NCBI RefSeq assembly: GCF_048593235.1
Contig: NC_133617.1
Location: forward strand, 628,660,958-628,724,957
DNA: 64,000 nucleotides
Direction of reading: 5' to 3'
Origin: Sminthopsis crassicaudata
Lineage: Eukaryota
The position numbers were made by a program, and so were the translations under genes. The stretch's first letter is position 1. Each line of letters starts with the position of its first letter. The notes under the pieces were generated by a model. It searched no databases, had not been told where the DNA came from, and was given only the letters and a program-made list of their open reading frames with translations. Below are positions 50,680 to 63,688 of the stretch, one piece after another.

Positions 50680-51600
50680 TTCCATAAGGACTTAATAAAT
50701 GTTGATTAAGGGAAATACAAAGACAAAAATAAGAAGTGTCTGTCCTCAAGGGGCTTATAGTCTCCTGGGGAGAAATAATATTTTTATAGATAAATACAAA
50801 ATATATACAAAGTCAAACACCAAGTAGTTTCAAAGGAGGAACCATTCAACAACCTGTAGTGGAGGGATGAATTAGAGAGAGCTTCATGTAGGACTGAGCT
50901 CCGAGAGCTAGAGATTCTAAAAGGCAGAGATGAGGAGGCAAAGCATTCATTACAGGGATTTGGCAAGACCTATGCAAGGAGAAGATGGCATGTATAGTGT
51001 GTAGACAATAGCAAGTAAACCAATTTGACTGGATTGTGGGATGCAGAAAAGAGAGAAGAATGAGAAGTAAATATCATAATATGGTGCATTTAGAGCTGGG
51101 TGGAAAGATAGGACAAAATGTGCATAGAGACTACTAGATGAGGCAGGGAAGAGAGTGCTAGACCTGAAGTCAGGGAGATTCATCTTCCTTAGTACAAATC
51201 TATCCCCAGATACTTACTAGCTGTGTGACTCTGGGAAAGTCACCAAATGCTGTTTGCCTCAGTTTCCTCATTTGTAAAATGAGCTGGAGAAGGAAATAGC
51301 AAAGCCTTCCAGTATCTTTGTCAAGAAAACCTCAAATAGGATTATGAAGAGTAGAACATGATTGAATCAATGGAACAACAAAGGAGGGATCTGTAGTTTA
51401 GTACAGAAGAAACAGATTTTCAAGGAGAGGAAAGAAATGATCAGATCTGTACTTTAGGACCATTATTTTGGCAGTCTTCTGGAGGATATAGTGGAGATGG
51501 GGAGAAACACAAAGTAGTGAAACCAATTACAGAGGTTTTTTAAAAGTCCAAATGAGAACCGATGAAGGATTACACTAGGGTGGTGGCAGGAAGAGATTTT
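50680..51600 (-). mobile_element. L2 3' fragment split by a MAR1 SINE
   Basis: tgtctgtcctcaaggggcttatagtctcctgggg...agatctgtactttaggaccattattttggcag. Confidence 0.75.
51130..51380 (+). mobile_element. MAR1-type SINE
   Basis: gtgctagacctgaagtcaggg...gagctggagaaggaaatagcaaagccttccagtatctttgtcaagaaaacc. Confidence 0.9.
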
Positions 51601-52354
51601 TATGGAAAAAGAAGGGGAAAAGAAAGCTTGGCAACTCTTTGTATATGAGAGTGATCATAGAGCATGGATTTAGAAATTGAAGGAGCTCCAGAGGAACTTT
51701 TAGTCCAACCCTCTCATTTGCAATTCTTTTCTTCCTATTCTCTAAGCCAAGCTATGACCACTGAGGCATTTAGTCTGGTGGCTGTGATAAGTAGGATTCC
51801 CCTGGGGAATATCTACTCTCCGAGTACACACCCAGAAGTTGGGCACCATAAGTCTTAATTCTACACTAACTTCTAACATACAACTTCTCCTTTTCTTCCA
51901 ACTTTTCCTCTTCTTTCTTTTGATGTTCCAAGAGCCTTTGCTTTTTCTTTCTTTATTTATTTATCTATCTATTTATTTATCTATCTATCTATTTATTTAT
52001 TTATTTGTTTGTTTTTGCCATTAACCCCTCTATCTCTCTTATTCTGAACTAAATTCAGGACCCTGATCAAGTCTATCATATACTACAGATACGTTGATTG
52101 CAAAGTTTTAAGAGAACAGTCATTGAGCATGGCCCAGGGCATCTCCAATGGGAGACCAGAAACAGTAGACATTTATAGTGTTTTCAGAAAATCTGTATGG
52201 CACTGGATTGCTCAGGAGACAAAACTGCTATCTGCTATTACAGAATGGTGAGAAAACAACTAAGATAGCTATAACTCATTCATATGCACAAGTTTAATTT
52301 ATATATCCAGATATATGTATATAGAAGGACATTCATACATATGTGTGTATAATT

Positions 52355-52585
52355 TTGTTGTTGTTGTTCATCCATGTCCAATTCTTCATGACCTCACAGA
52401 TCGTAGGTTTTCTTGTAAAGATACTGGAGTGGTTTGCCATTTCCTTCTCCAATGGATTAAGGCAAGCAGGGGTTAAATGAACTCACCAGGGTTATACAGA
52501 TAATGTCTGAAGTCACAACTGAAGTCAGATCTTCAGTTGACTCCAGGCTCAGCACTCTATCCACTGACACACCTAATTGTCTCTA
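52355..52585 (-). mobile_element. MAR1-type SINE
   Basis: ttgttgttgttgttc...gatactggagtggtttgccatttccttctcc...gactccaggctcagcactctatccactg. Confidence 0.9.
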
Positions 52586-52886
52586 AGTATAATGTATGTA
52601 TATGTGCATATGATATATGTTATATGCGTATACACATCTTCACCACACTTTGCCCACAGTCCTTTGGGGTAGCAAGTAGTAAAAGTATTATCTGCACTTA
52701 GCAGATTAAAGGAGAGGTTTCTGCTTACTATTAGGTGACCCCTCAAGTTCAGAGAGCTATGATCCAATATGATAGAATTCTGCCATATAATAAAGCTGAA
52801 GAAAGAAGTTAAGGCCAGGTTGTGACATGTCTAAATGACAAAGAGAAGAACTTCTCCATTCATGCCAGGTACATTCTTTTTTTCAG

Positions 52887-52957
52887 GAATGAGAAGGGGG
52901 ATGGGACTGAGGATGAAGACTTCCGACTAGACTGCCACCACAGCCGATACCCAAATC
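52887..52957 (+). CDS. Probable internal coding exon, xNEKGDGTEDEDFRLDCHHSRYPNx, gene not recognised
   Basis: Strong acceptor ttctttttttcAG|G and donor ATC|GTAAGT; 71 nt; the single open frame is phase 2 to phase 1 (other two frames have stops); local CpG retention in a CpG-poor window. Confidence 0.55.
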
Positions 52958-52984
52958 GTAAGTGATCTTGCCTTTGGGATATCC

Positions 52985-52999
52985 GGGGGGGGGGGGGGG
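52985..52999 (+). repeat. Poly-G (G15)
   Basis: Read directly; begins 28 nt after the exon end. Confidence 0.9.
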
Positions 53000-53229
53000 T
53001 GCCTGGTGTGAGGGAGATGCTGGCCCGACTGTGCTCCACTGTGCTTCACTCCAATGAGACACCATCTGTTTAGTTCTACTGACCACATTTAAAGAAGACT
53101 ATTGAGGGGGCATCAGGGACCCTAGGCCTGGAATCAGGAGAACCAAAGTTCAAATCTGGCCTCAGACACTTCCTAGCTCTCTGATTGCTTCTTTACCACC
53201 ACCACCACACCCCAAAATAAAAAATATTG

Positions 53230-53680
53230 AGCAGTTGAAGTGTGTTCAAAAAAGGAAGATCAGGGTGGTGAGGGGATTGCAAGCCATGTTAAATTAAGAT
53301 TAGTCAAAGAATTGAAGCTGTTTATCCTGAAAAAGAGATGGCTAAGAGGGGATATGAATACTGACTTCAGGTATTTTATGGGATATAGAAGAAAGATTAG
53401 ACTTATATTCCCACACCTCACAGGGTAGACATAGAAATGATGGGGAATGGGTATAGAGCAGCAAATTAGGATTTAATGTAAGGAAATCTTCCTCACAATT
53501 AGAATTGTCCTAAGGTGCCCTGGGCTGCTTTATGAGGTAGGGATCTCTTTATCACCAGAGGTATTCAAGTGGAGGTCAGGAAGCCATCTGTAAGCAATGC
53601 TCTAGAGGATTCTTGCTCAAATATGGATTGGACTAAATCATGTCTGATGGCCCTTGCAGCTCCCATAGTCTAGATCATTG
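53230..53680 (+). mobile_element. CR1/L3 3' end
   Basis: ctgacttcaggtattttatggg...ggaaatcttcctcacaattagaattgtcc...ggactaaatcatgtctgatggcccttgcagctc. Confidence 0.8.
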
Positions 53681-55379
53681 TCCAGGTCTTTTTACAGCTC
53701 TCTCCAGGTGTGATCCAACTGATTAGCTGTGGCAAAGCTCTGTTATTATACAGTTGCAGCAGAAATGCCCTTCCCCACCCCCTCCACCTCCAAGCTATGC
53801 AGTAAATGTTTCAGAACAAGTCCCAGTAAATAAAATAGGGAACTGAGTCCAACTGTGCGGAACAATAGCAGACCCGAATTTAGCATGGTGTTTTCTTAAT
53901 GAATGGCTAATGAGTCAGGCCAAGGGCTATACTCCCCCATGGATAGAATTAACTACCTTCTAACCTGATTTCTTAGCTGAGATGTCATTGAGCCTTCTTT
54001 GGCAGAGATTCAAGAGGGAAAACACAAACACACATTTATGCTCATGTGTATTGTGTTTATATGCCCATGGATATATGTAATATATATAATATAATGCAGT
54101 GCCATAATTCACATATATACAGACAGTTCTTGCTTTATGTAAATTTTCATTATGCAAATTTAACTTTATGGAAAGAAATCAACATTCCAACAACACATCC
54201 ATGTTAACTTTACTGTACAGTACTGTACCCCCTGTCTCTGCTTCTATCTCTCAACAAGACAAGCTTCCCACCCCACCCCTCCAGTCAAAAAACAAAAATA
54301 AAAAATCCCTCCAAATGAAAGCAGAACTGAGCCAGCACTGCTTCTGCTAGATTAGGGACTTGGTTTGAGACTTCTGAGAGAGGAGATCTTTGCCCTGTTT
54401 TGCCCACCTGCCCTTGTGTTCACCCTTGCATGTCTGTCGTCTGTCTTCTGGCTGTTAGTGTAACAAGTTTGTCCCCAGCTCCCAAGTATTACCCTCCTCT
54501 CTTGTTTGTGTTTGCATCCTGCCCTATATCTTATCCTCAAAAGTGCCCACATCTGTGGGCAAATTTGCATTATCAATTTATGTAGAGGTCTGACAAATGC
54601 TCCTCGTGTGTAAAGGAGAACTGTTTGTATACATATATGTGTATCTATATATGTATGTGTGATATATATTATCTATATACATATATGTATGTTTGTGCAT
54701 GGGTATATATTATATATAATACACACATATATCACTAAATACTGGAGCAGTATATTCATATGTATATATCTATATATACCTGAATTCATGAGGTAGCTCA
54801 TATTTCATCCATGGTGTTTGATTCTTGTTATGAAAATAGTTTGACAATGGCTTTTAGGGGGCTAAGTTTCTTCAGGATCTTTGGATTAAGTGCTAGTCAA
54901 GGCTCAGGAAGTATAAACTTAATTCCTAGCAAAGGTTCCAGAAGACCTAAAACTAGATCTCACTATTTGAATATCTTGTTCTCTATCATACAATATAGAC
55001 GGTTAGAACTTAAGGTCTTAGAGCATAAAGCACAGAATGTTAGAACTACAAGAAGTTATTTCCTATTAGGATTTCTGTCCAAATGCAGATTGACATTCAG
55101 ATGCAGAAGAAACATTAGAACACAGAATGTTAAAATATCAAATCTAATATGTTGGATATTTAGAGATAGAAGGGACATTGAATTATTGGGGCTGAAATCT
55201 AATCCACCCTGAGTCCCAGAGACTGGAAATAATATAGAAGTATCAGATTAAATGCCGTTAAAGGCAAAGCTCAGGCTGATACACATTTTCTATACTTTTC
55301 ATTCTTTCTCTCTTCTTCTACCCCCTCTCATTTCATTATTAGCTTTTTCTGACTACTAAAATATGCCTTGCTATGTCAG

Positions 55380-56060
55380 GCACAGGTTCCATGATTGCTT
55401 TACCTCTTCAGTTTTTCATTTCCCTTGAATGAGACAACCTCCAGGTTCAAATCCTTGAAATCAACATTGCAGGATCATCTTTAATTCTTCCTTCTCCCAT
55501 ATCCCCAGAATTCAACCAAGTGCCAAGCACTATCAATTTTACCTCCACAGCTTCTCTTCTGTCTCTCCCTTCTCTTCATTCACATTGCCAACATTCTAGT
55601 AGAGGTACTCATCAGCTCCTAGCTGCCCTATTCCAACAGCTTCTACTCTCTCTAAACCTCTTTCACACAACTACCCAAAGTCTCCCCACATCATTCCTCT
55701 GCTTAAAAACCTTTGGTGGCTTCTAGGGTAATGTATAAACTTCATCAGCTGGTTCTAAATCCTCTCTACAATTTGGCCACCATCTACTTTTCCAGCCTTG
55801 TTTCTCTTGGTCTTCATCATACATTCTATTCTCCAACCAGTTGCAGTTCTCTAAACACAATGTGCTATTTCCCCACCTCTGTGCTACTTTCTTATCTCCA
55901 TCTTATCAAAGCCCTCCTCTTTCCTTCAAAACTCAGTTCAGCTACCACTTTATTTAGAATTCTCCCAAATAAAAAAGGAAAAGTGATTTTTCTCTCTTTA
56001 CCTTTTCTTAGAACACTTTGTCTGAGTTTTTCTCATGTCCACATTGCCCTTTACTTTATA
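55380..56060 (+). mobile_element. L2 3' region
   Basis: ccaagtgccaagcactatcaattttacctcc...tcctctgcttaaaaacctttggtggcttc...; explains ORFs 55520-56108. Confidence 0.8.
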
Positions 56061-56061
56061 T

Positions 56062-56253
56062 CAAATCTTCTTAAACTGTGGGTTATCATCCCATATGGGA
56101 TCGTATAACTGAATGTGGGGCTGCAAAATTATGATTCATTATCAATTAATGTTTGGTGTCTACACCTATTTTATGTACCTGTATACCTGGGATCACATAA
56201 AAATTTCTTGAGCAAAAAAGGCTTAGGCATGGGAAAAGTTTAAGGATCCCTGC
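56062..56253. mobile_element. hAT/Charlie non-autonomous DNA transposon (192 bp)
   Basis: Ends caaatcttcttaaac...gtttaaggatccctg; 8-bp TSD ctttatat (56054-56061) / ccttatat (56254-56261), 7/8 identical. Confidence 0.8.
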
Positions 56254-56689
56254 CTTATATCATACTTACCTGCAGGTATGTCATTACCACTCTCACCCCT
56301 AACTAGGAGGTTATACTGTGAGTTTCTTAAGGATAGAGATTGTATCATTTTTCATTTTAGCATTCCAGCATTAAGTGCTTTGTATGAGGTCATTGTTTAA
56401 AAGTTTATTAAAAAAAAAGTTTATTGATTAGAACTGAATGACCTAGAGCTCAAATGAGGTTGAATCAGAATATCTCTAAGACCTTTTCCAGTTCTAGGAT
56501 TCCAGAAAAATTTCAACAGCCATCAAGAAGATACCTAACAGATTGTGGGTGCCATGGAAGTAAAAGATGTGTTTCTTAAAGCTGCTCTTCTCTGTACATG
56601 TGGGAAATAACTAAGGAATAGTCCCAAAGCCTAAGATGAACAATATATAGTGGCAATAGCACTGGATTGGCATTTTGAATACTCAGATT

Positions 56690-57170
56690 CAGGTTACAGA
56701 ATTTCAGAGTTGGATGGAACTTTAGAGACCACTTATTGTTCACTTGTACTCAAACAAAAATCCCCTTTACAACATTTCTAACAAATGATCATATGGCCTT
56801 TGCTCAAAGGCCTGCAGTGAGGGAACCCCAAAGCTTCCTCAAGCAACATACCCCACGTTTGCATAGTTCTAATTGTTAGGAAGATTTTCTACAAATTAGC
56901 CCTAAATCCACCTCTTTATAACTTCCATTCATCACTCATGGTTCTGCTCATTGGGACTAAAGAGAACAAGTCCAATTTTTGTTCACTGGATGAACACTTT
57001 TAAACACTTGCTAGCAACTACTCTGCCCCCTGTAAGTCTTTTCTTCTTCAGTCTGCACATTTCTAGGTCCTTTGGTCCTATGATCCTGAAGCAGTACAGG
57101 CTTTTCAAAAGTGCTCAAGAAAGAATTGGAAAGAGCCCCGCCCCCACTTCCTAGAGAAATAAGCCTGGAG
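56690..57170 (-). mobile_element. CR1/L3 3' fragment
   Basis: acagaatttcagagttggatggaactttagagacc...gcatagttctaattgttaggaagattttc...gacagctact-like segment gcaactactctgccccctgtaagtcttttc. Confidence 0.7.
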
Positions 57171-58797
57171 CTGGTCCTAAAATGTGGGAAACTCTCCAAA
57201 ATTTCCTGTCATTATTGTACAGGGACTGGTAGAATAGTTTTTCTTTGACTAAAATAAGATAGCTTTGAGTTATAACAAAGAAAAAGAGATCTGAGTCTCT
57301 TGGAAATAATTACAAATTACTTAAATTTTTTAAAAAAACAGTTTAATATTTTATTTTTGGCCTTTACTTAAGAGAACATTCTAATTTGAACTGATTTCCT
57401 GTGTGATATTTGGGGAATTACTGTATCTTCAGCTTCTTCTTTTGGAAAAAGTGGGAGTTGAATATATGGGTCTTCCAGATTTCTTCCAGATCTGACTCCA
57501 TGCACTAAAATCCCTTCCAGCTCTGATATCTGCAGCCTATCAGTAGTTATGTTAATGTGGTTGACATGAATAAAATGCAACATGTGGTCCCTACAATTGT
57601 CATGGATGCTAATTAATTTATTTTATTGCAGTTTATCACTTTCTTTTCAATTTAATTCAACAAGTGTTCATTGAGTGCCTCTTATGTGCTACATATGATT
57701 TTAGGTGCTAGAGCTACAAATATAAAAGTGAGCTAGCAGCGTACATTCCTGTCTCTATCTCCCAGTCAATGGTAAACTCCTGAGGACAGGACTGCTATTT
57801 TTAAAAATCTGAAATCAGCCAATTTGCTCCTAATACCTTGTAATGGCACACACTTATACCCCCCACCTACATATTGATGCAATCACATACTGTCAGTTAA
57901 AGCCAGGTAGTCTCCAGAAAGGCACAACTTAACTACAAGTTTATTTTCCCAAGAAAATGTTTTCAACATGTCTGGGTTGGCTTTATTATAGTTTTATATC
58001 AAGAAGTCACTCAGATTTTCCAGTATTCTTAACCAATAAACTGACCTCCTTCCCCCATTACTGGGATTGAAAGGTAAAACAGAAGCTCATCCATCAAGCT
58101 GAGGATCTTCCAAGGTGCTGAGTCCTTGTTTGGAACATGTCTACAGAACTTGTAAACCCATTCATATCCATTGAACCCAAATCTTTCTAGAGACTGTTAA
58201 AAGGACTTCACTAGAAGTCTTTACTGTCTTATTATTCCGCCCCAAACCTGTCAACCTTACCATGATTTCCCTTTCTCAAACTTAAGAATGCCTGAGACTT
58301 ATCATCAATATTTATTCCATTCCACTGAAGATGAGTGGTTGAGACTCAATGATGAAGAAAGAATTGATTGCCTAGGGCTATTATGAATAATTGGGATGAC
58401 TGTTGGGTTCTAAATGCTGTAGATTGGTGCTTCTTTGTACTCGATCTATTTTTAAAAAGAGCTAAGAATGAAGTTAGAGTTTTGGAAAGACGGAGAGAAG
58501 CCTGGTATACACACAAATTTATCTCTCTTATCCTCTTAGAAGAGAGGGAATCTTTTGGATTAAGGGAAATTTGGTATTCCAACTTTGGAAGTGTGCGTCT
58601 AGCAACTCCAAGTCTGAGAATTCTAGAATGCAGCCTTCCGGGAAGAGAAGAGAGTTCTTGGACACTGCTAACTTTATGAGGAGAAGACGACTGTAGACAT
58701 GGCCTCTGAAACTGGGAAGCAACAAGAGACTAAGTTATGAAAAACTAAGTTATGAAATTAAGGAGCAAAATCCCTGAATTTTGCCTTCTGCTATTAC

Positions 58798-58926
58798 CAT
58801 GAGTTTTTCCAGTAGTAAAGGTCTAATGAGAAGGGGGCTGTCTCTCCAACAATTTTGAATATTCTCTTTCTCAAGGAATCCAAATCCCTGAGGTAGTACA
58901 AGAAAGGTTGATACTTATATGGGTTT
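58798..58926 (-). CDS. Probable internal coding exon, xNPYKYQPFLYYLRDLDSLRKRIFKIVGETAPFSLDLYYWKNSx, gene not recognised
   Basis: Minus-strand acceptor ttttgtcagtttcactttttttccAG|A and donor ATG|GTAATA; 129 nt, symmetric phase 2-2; other two frames have stops; non-repeat island. Confidence 0.5.
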
Positions 58927-59679
58927 CTGGAAAAAAAGTGAAACTGACAAAATGTCAAGGAGAGATGTCTCTCTAACAAACCTAAATTCATCTTCTTTCT
59001 AATGGGAATTTAAGCACGGAATGGAGTGATATTGGGTAACTTATAGGATTTGGGAGAGGGTGAAGTTCATTAAAAGAGAATTCTAATAACTGTTTTGGGA
59101 CTACTTAAGTCTTTTATGCATTTCCCACAATTTTTGTGGGATAAAATAAAGAGTAACTTTTACTAACATGCATTATAACGTGAAATGCTTATATTGGAAC
59201 TCAGGACCCTTTTGCCTACATCTTTTTAGTTTTAAATATCAGCTATATTCAGAGAGAAGCAATCCTGGGTGAGACAAAATGAGCCAGAGTTATGACCTTT
59301 TGCAGCTGTCCCTAACATAAGCCAATATCCTGATTGCTGAGCCAAAGGGTTATACAGGTTATAAATCAGGATATCTTTCTTTTAATTTGAGGGGTAGCAT
59401 GTATATGACATACATTGAATTATTCCAGTTGTGAAGTTATCATAATTGGATATTATTCTATTGTATTCTGCTATAATGTCTTTTTAACCAATTTATATTT
59501 CTGTTTGCCTTTGAGGGGAAGGACAAGCATGGTTAGATAAGGAATTGTGTAATATAATGAATGAAGTACCAGAAAACCAAGAGGCTAACTGATTTAGAAT
59601 TTACCTGGGATTGAAAAAAAACATGTACTAATGACTAGAATCCATAGAGCCAAGATTGAGTGAATACCCAATTTTGCTT

Positions 59680-61200
59680 AGCTATCCTCTGAAAAGAAGA
59701 TGCCTTTCTCCTCTTCTCTCTCTATCCTTGCAGTGACCTCATCATCCTCCATGGGCTTAATTTTCATCTCTCTAGAGACGACTCCCAGGTCTATTTATCT
59801 TATCTTTTCTCTAAGTTTTAGCTCTACATCATCATTGCTTTTACCTCAATATGTCCAAAACAGAAATTCTCTTTTCCCCAAAATCTCTACATTTTTTGTA
59901 ATTTCCCTATTTATATTGAGGGCTACACTATTTTTTAACCTTTCAAATTCATTCATAACCAGGGTGTTATCTTTGACTCTTCATTATTTTTCATCCTACA
60001 TATCCGATGACTTGCCAAACATTGTCATTTCTACCTCCTCAACTTATCCCCAACCCATTATTACCCCTCAAATAATTACTACCTTAGTTCAGGTGCTATG
60101 TGAATGCTTTTCCCCCCTCTCCCTTCTTTAGATATTTTAATGGCTTCCAAATTGCTGCCAAAACGATTTTTCTTAAATACAGATGTAACAATTGTAATCT
60201 TACCAATTTCAGTGTTACTGACTCAATAAACTCCAATGGTACCTCAATGCCGCTAAGATAAAATCTATATTCATCTTTTGGTGTTTTAAAGCCTTTGATA
60301 ATTTTAAAGCCCAGTCAATTTTCTCTAGGTCTTTATTTTTTCTTTAATGCCTATTAATTTATTTCCTTCATATTTATAGAAGACAAATTGGCCTCTCTTG
60401 TTTCACACACAGCTCTTCATTACCCATCTCTTTATTTTGTATAGCTGTCACTCATGTCTCCTCCTTCACCATTTCACTGAATCCCTTTCATTTTCCAAGC
60501 CAGTAGACAAACATTATTTTAAACATGAAGCCTTTTCTGATCTTTTCAAATTACTAATGACTTCCTTCCAAACTACTTTGTATTTTACCTACCATGTATT
60601 TATTTTGTATTTGTCCCATGTGTATTCTGTCTGCACATATATACATATGTATATTTGTTTGTTGTCTTCAATTTTGAATATAAAATATTTGAGAATAAAT
60701 ATTGTTTCTTTGTTTTTAGTTTTTTTTGGTACTTGCCTTCTTTCCACCTAGCACAATGTTTAGCACTATAGAAGTCACTTAAATAAGTCCTTTTGGTTGA
60801 TTGATGCTTTTCCTAACTTTTCTTTCTCAGGCTCTTTCCTGGGTCCTCTTTTATTCCACTACATTCTCTCATTTAGGGACTTTATCAATTCCCTTGGGTT
60901 TAGCTATAATCTCTGTGCAGAGACTCCCAAATCTAGATATCCACTTCAGTATCTCCCCTGAACTCTAGTTATTCATCTCAACTGCTTATGGAACATTTCA
61001 AAGTGGATTTCTCATAGTATTCTCAATCATGTGTGAAATGGGACTCAATATAGAACCAGATCTATATTTTGTGAATACTTGGTGTTTTTCCCTCTTAATC
61101 AATGGCAAGTTCTTTGAGGGTGGGAACTATTTAAGTTTTAGTCTTTGTATTGCCAGCTGATAGTATATTACCTTACATGTATAGTAGGCATTTAACCAAT
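59680..61200 (+). mobile_element. L2 fragments (RT end and 3' ends)
   Basis: ataatctctgtgcagagactcccaaatct...cctagcacaatgtttagcactatagaagtcacttaaataag; explains ORFs 59700-60131 and 60398-60751. Confidence 0.8.
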
Positions 61201-63611
61201 GTCTATTGGCTGAATTCCTTTATGTTTTAAATATCAGGCTTTTCTCTGAGATATTTTGGTGCAAAGATTTTTTTTCTTAGTATTAATTTCTTTTTATTCT
61301 AGCTGCATTGATTTTGTTCATGCAAAAAACATTTTAATTTTATGTAATTGAAATTATCTATTTTATCTTTTATGATTTCCTCTAACCCATATTTGACTAA
61401 GAAGTCTGCTAACTGTAATTATGAAACATATCTTTTTATCCTTCTGCATTTTTTTAAATGATATGCCTTTTATATTGAAGTTGGTTATTTATTTGGAAAC
61501 TTGATGCTGTTCATGGTGCAAAATGCTGATCTAAACCTATTTTCTTACAGATTGCTTTCCAGTTTTCCTAGAAATTTATGTCAAATATATCATCCTTTCT
61601 CAATTAGAGCTTTTAGGTTGCTACGAAGTAGCATACAAACTGGTTACATTTTACTTCTGATCTAGAAAATGCCAGAGCAGGCATGACAGGCAGTCCTGGT
61701 AGCTGGGTTTTGCTATCAGCTGCAACTAGAATTTGAAAATGATTGCAGCTGTCAAGTTAAATACAAGAGACGAGACTTTGATTTTTCCAGGTGTAACAGG
61801 GTGAACCTAAGCGAAAGGATGTCAGTTCATCATTTATGAGCAGAGTTTCTTGGATCCAGTGCAGACTATTCTCTGTATCTTTCTCCCTGAAAATAGTTTA
61901 TGTGATTTCAAGGAAGGCTTTTTCAAAGGGTCCAGACCAGCTTGCTGTTTTTATTAGATCAAAATCAAATTCAATATACTGTGGCTGAGTTGTCTACTTT
62001 ATTAAAATGAAAACAGACTGCATTTCTGCATCAGATAACTCTTTTGAAGGATAGGTAACTTCTTCACACTTCACAAAGACACCAGAATTCCCAATGCAGA
62101 GGGACAGGACAGTGGAATTAAGACAATATCTCAGGCTTCCTGTTAGATGTATTTGTTTCACTCCCTAGAAGTTTCCCCTGGAAGAAAAATAGCAATTGAC
62201 AGTGCAGTGGGTTAAGTGAATTCAGCCTGATCATAGCTACTGAAATATGGAAATTTCAGGAATGGAGGGATATATAGCATACTCAGAGAACAAACTACCT
62301 GATAAAGAAAAAAGATTAAATCTTGCCTAACCAGCCTTTCAAACCTCCGGGTATGTGAAGCCCTATTTCAGTTTTAAAGAAAGGAAAAGAAAGGAGGAAG
62401 AAGGAAATATTTATTAAGTGCACAGATTCTGATGGTAGAACATGCATACAGAAAGTCTCAACTGCAAGCCAGGTAGAAAGGCCAATGGTTCTTAGGGTGC
62501 AGTAATAAGTCAAATAATAATGTTTATATTTCCTCAGATAAAAACTCATTCTGATGTTGAGCCCTTGCTGCCCAAAATTTTCCCTTCACAAGGATTGCCC
62601 CATAGTACATGGCTGTACTGGTCAGACCGTGAGCATGGCCAGTGGTGTGGGGATCTCTGGTATTCCTGGGGCTCTTGGGTACAGCATCTTGGGTGATCTG
62701 TAGGGAGGTGGTAGTTTAGATAGTGGCATTCTTCTTTGATGAGAATACCACAAAGTGTTGAAGGCAGAAGTGAGGAACAGAAGTTAGTGATGATTTTTTC
62801 AGGACATTGATGGTGTGGAATAGTTGAAAAAGCAAGCACTGAATTTAGAATAGGAAACCTTGGATTTTCCGGGTTTCATTCTCATCTGTAAAATGAGACA
62901 TCTATGAACCTAATTCTGAAATAATTGGATAGGAGTTCTTTTAAAAACCAAAGAATTCTAATTAGAGAGCAGAGGCAAATTAGTAGATCTAGAGCTCTCT
63001 TCTGCCTGGTCCTGGACATCAGTTCCCTGGCCAATGTCTGAATAAGTCATTGGAGTTTTCAGTATGATTTGTTTTAGACTATGGTTATTATATTGTCATC
63101 TCCTGTAGGCAAATTGTTTCTTCTTTATTTCTCCATATTTTAAATAGAATTCAAGAGCTGCAGGGGGTCTCAGAACAAAGAATTCTGGCCGAAGTCTTAG
63201 AACACAGAATGTTAGAATTAGAAGAAACTTTAGGATAAAGAATAGCAGAAGTAAAAAGCCTTAGAAGTACTTGAAGACTCCCCAGGTTACTACTGACCTT
63301 AGAATGTTTGGGCTAAAAGAGACCTTAGAAATCATTGAATCCTGGTGTTCTCATTTTGCAGATGGGACCAGAGAGGAAGTTATGTGCCCGCAGTGGCGCA
63401 TTGAGTTGTTTCTTCTGATACTTTATTAACAGCATGACTTACAGGCTAGCTGCTTCACCTTTCTGAAATTCAATGTCCTCTTCTGTAAAATCTACCAATA
63501 ATGCCTCCATTTTCTACTATCCTAGGGCTATTGTAAGGAAAGTACTTTATAAACTTCAAAAATGTTGTTGAAATGTGAGTTATTCTACTGTTTTCAATAA
63601 CCTCAGATTAT

Positions 63612-63613
<2 letters not shown>

Positions 63614-63680
<67 letters not shown>
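63614..63680. repeat. (TC)n microsatellite, about 33 units, followed by a short (CA)n
   Basis: Read directly. Confidence 0.95.

Positions 63681-63688
<8 letters not shown>

Noticed and set aside
59325-59374. 11-bp inverted repeat with 28-nt loop (possible pre-miRNA)
   Set aside because: Inner region pairs poorly, and one or two such stems are expected by chance.
7694-61680. Exact 17-mer agaaaatgccagagcag at 7694-7710 and 61664-61680
   Set aside because: Flanks do not align; roughly one such match is expected by chance in a window of this size and composition.
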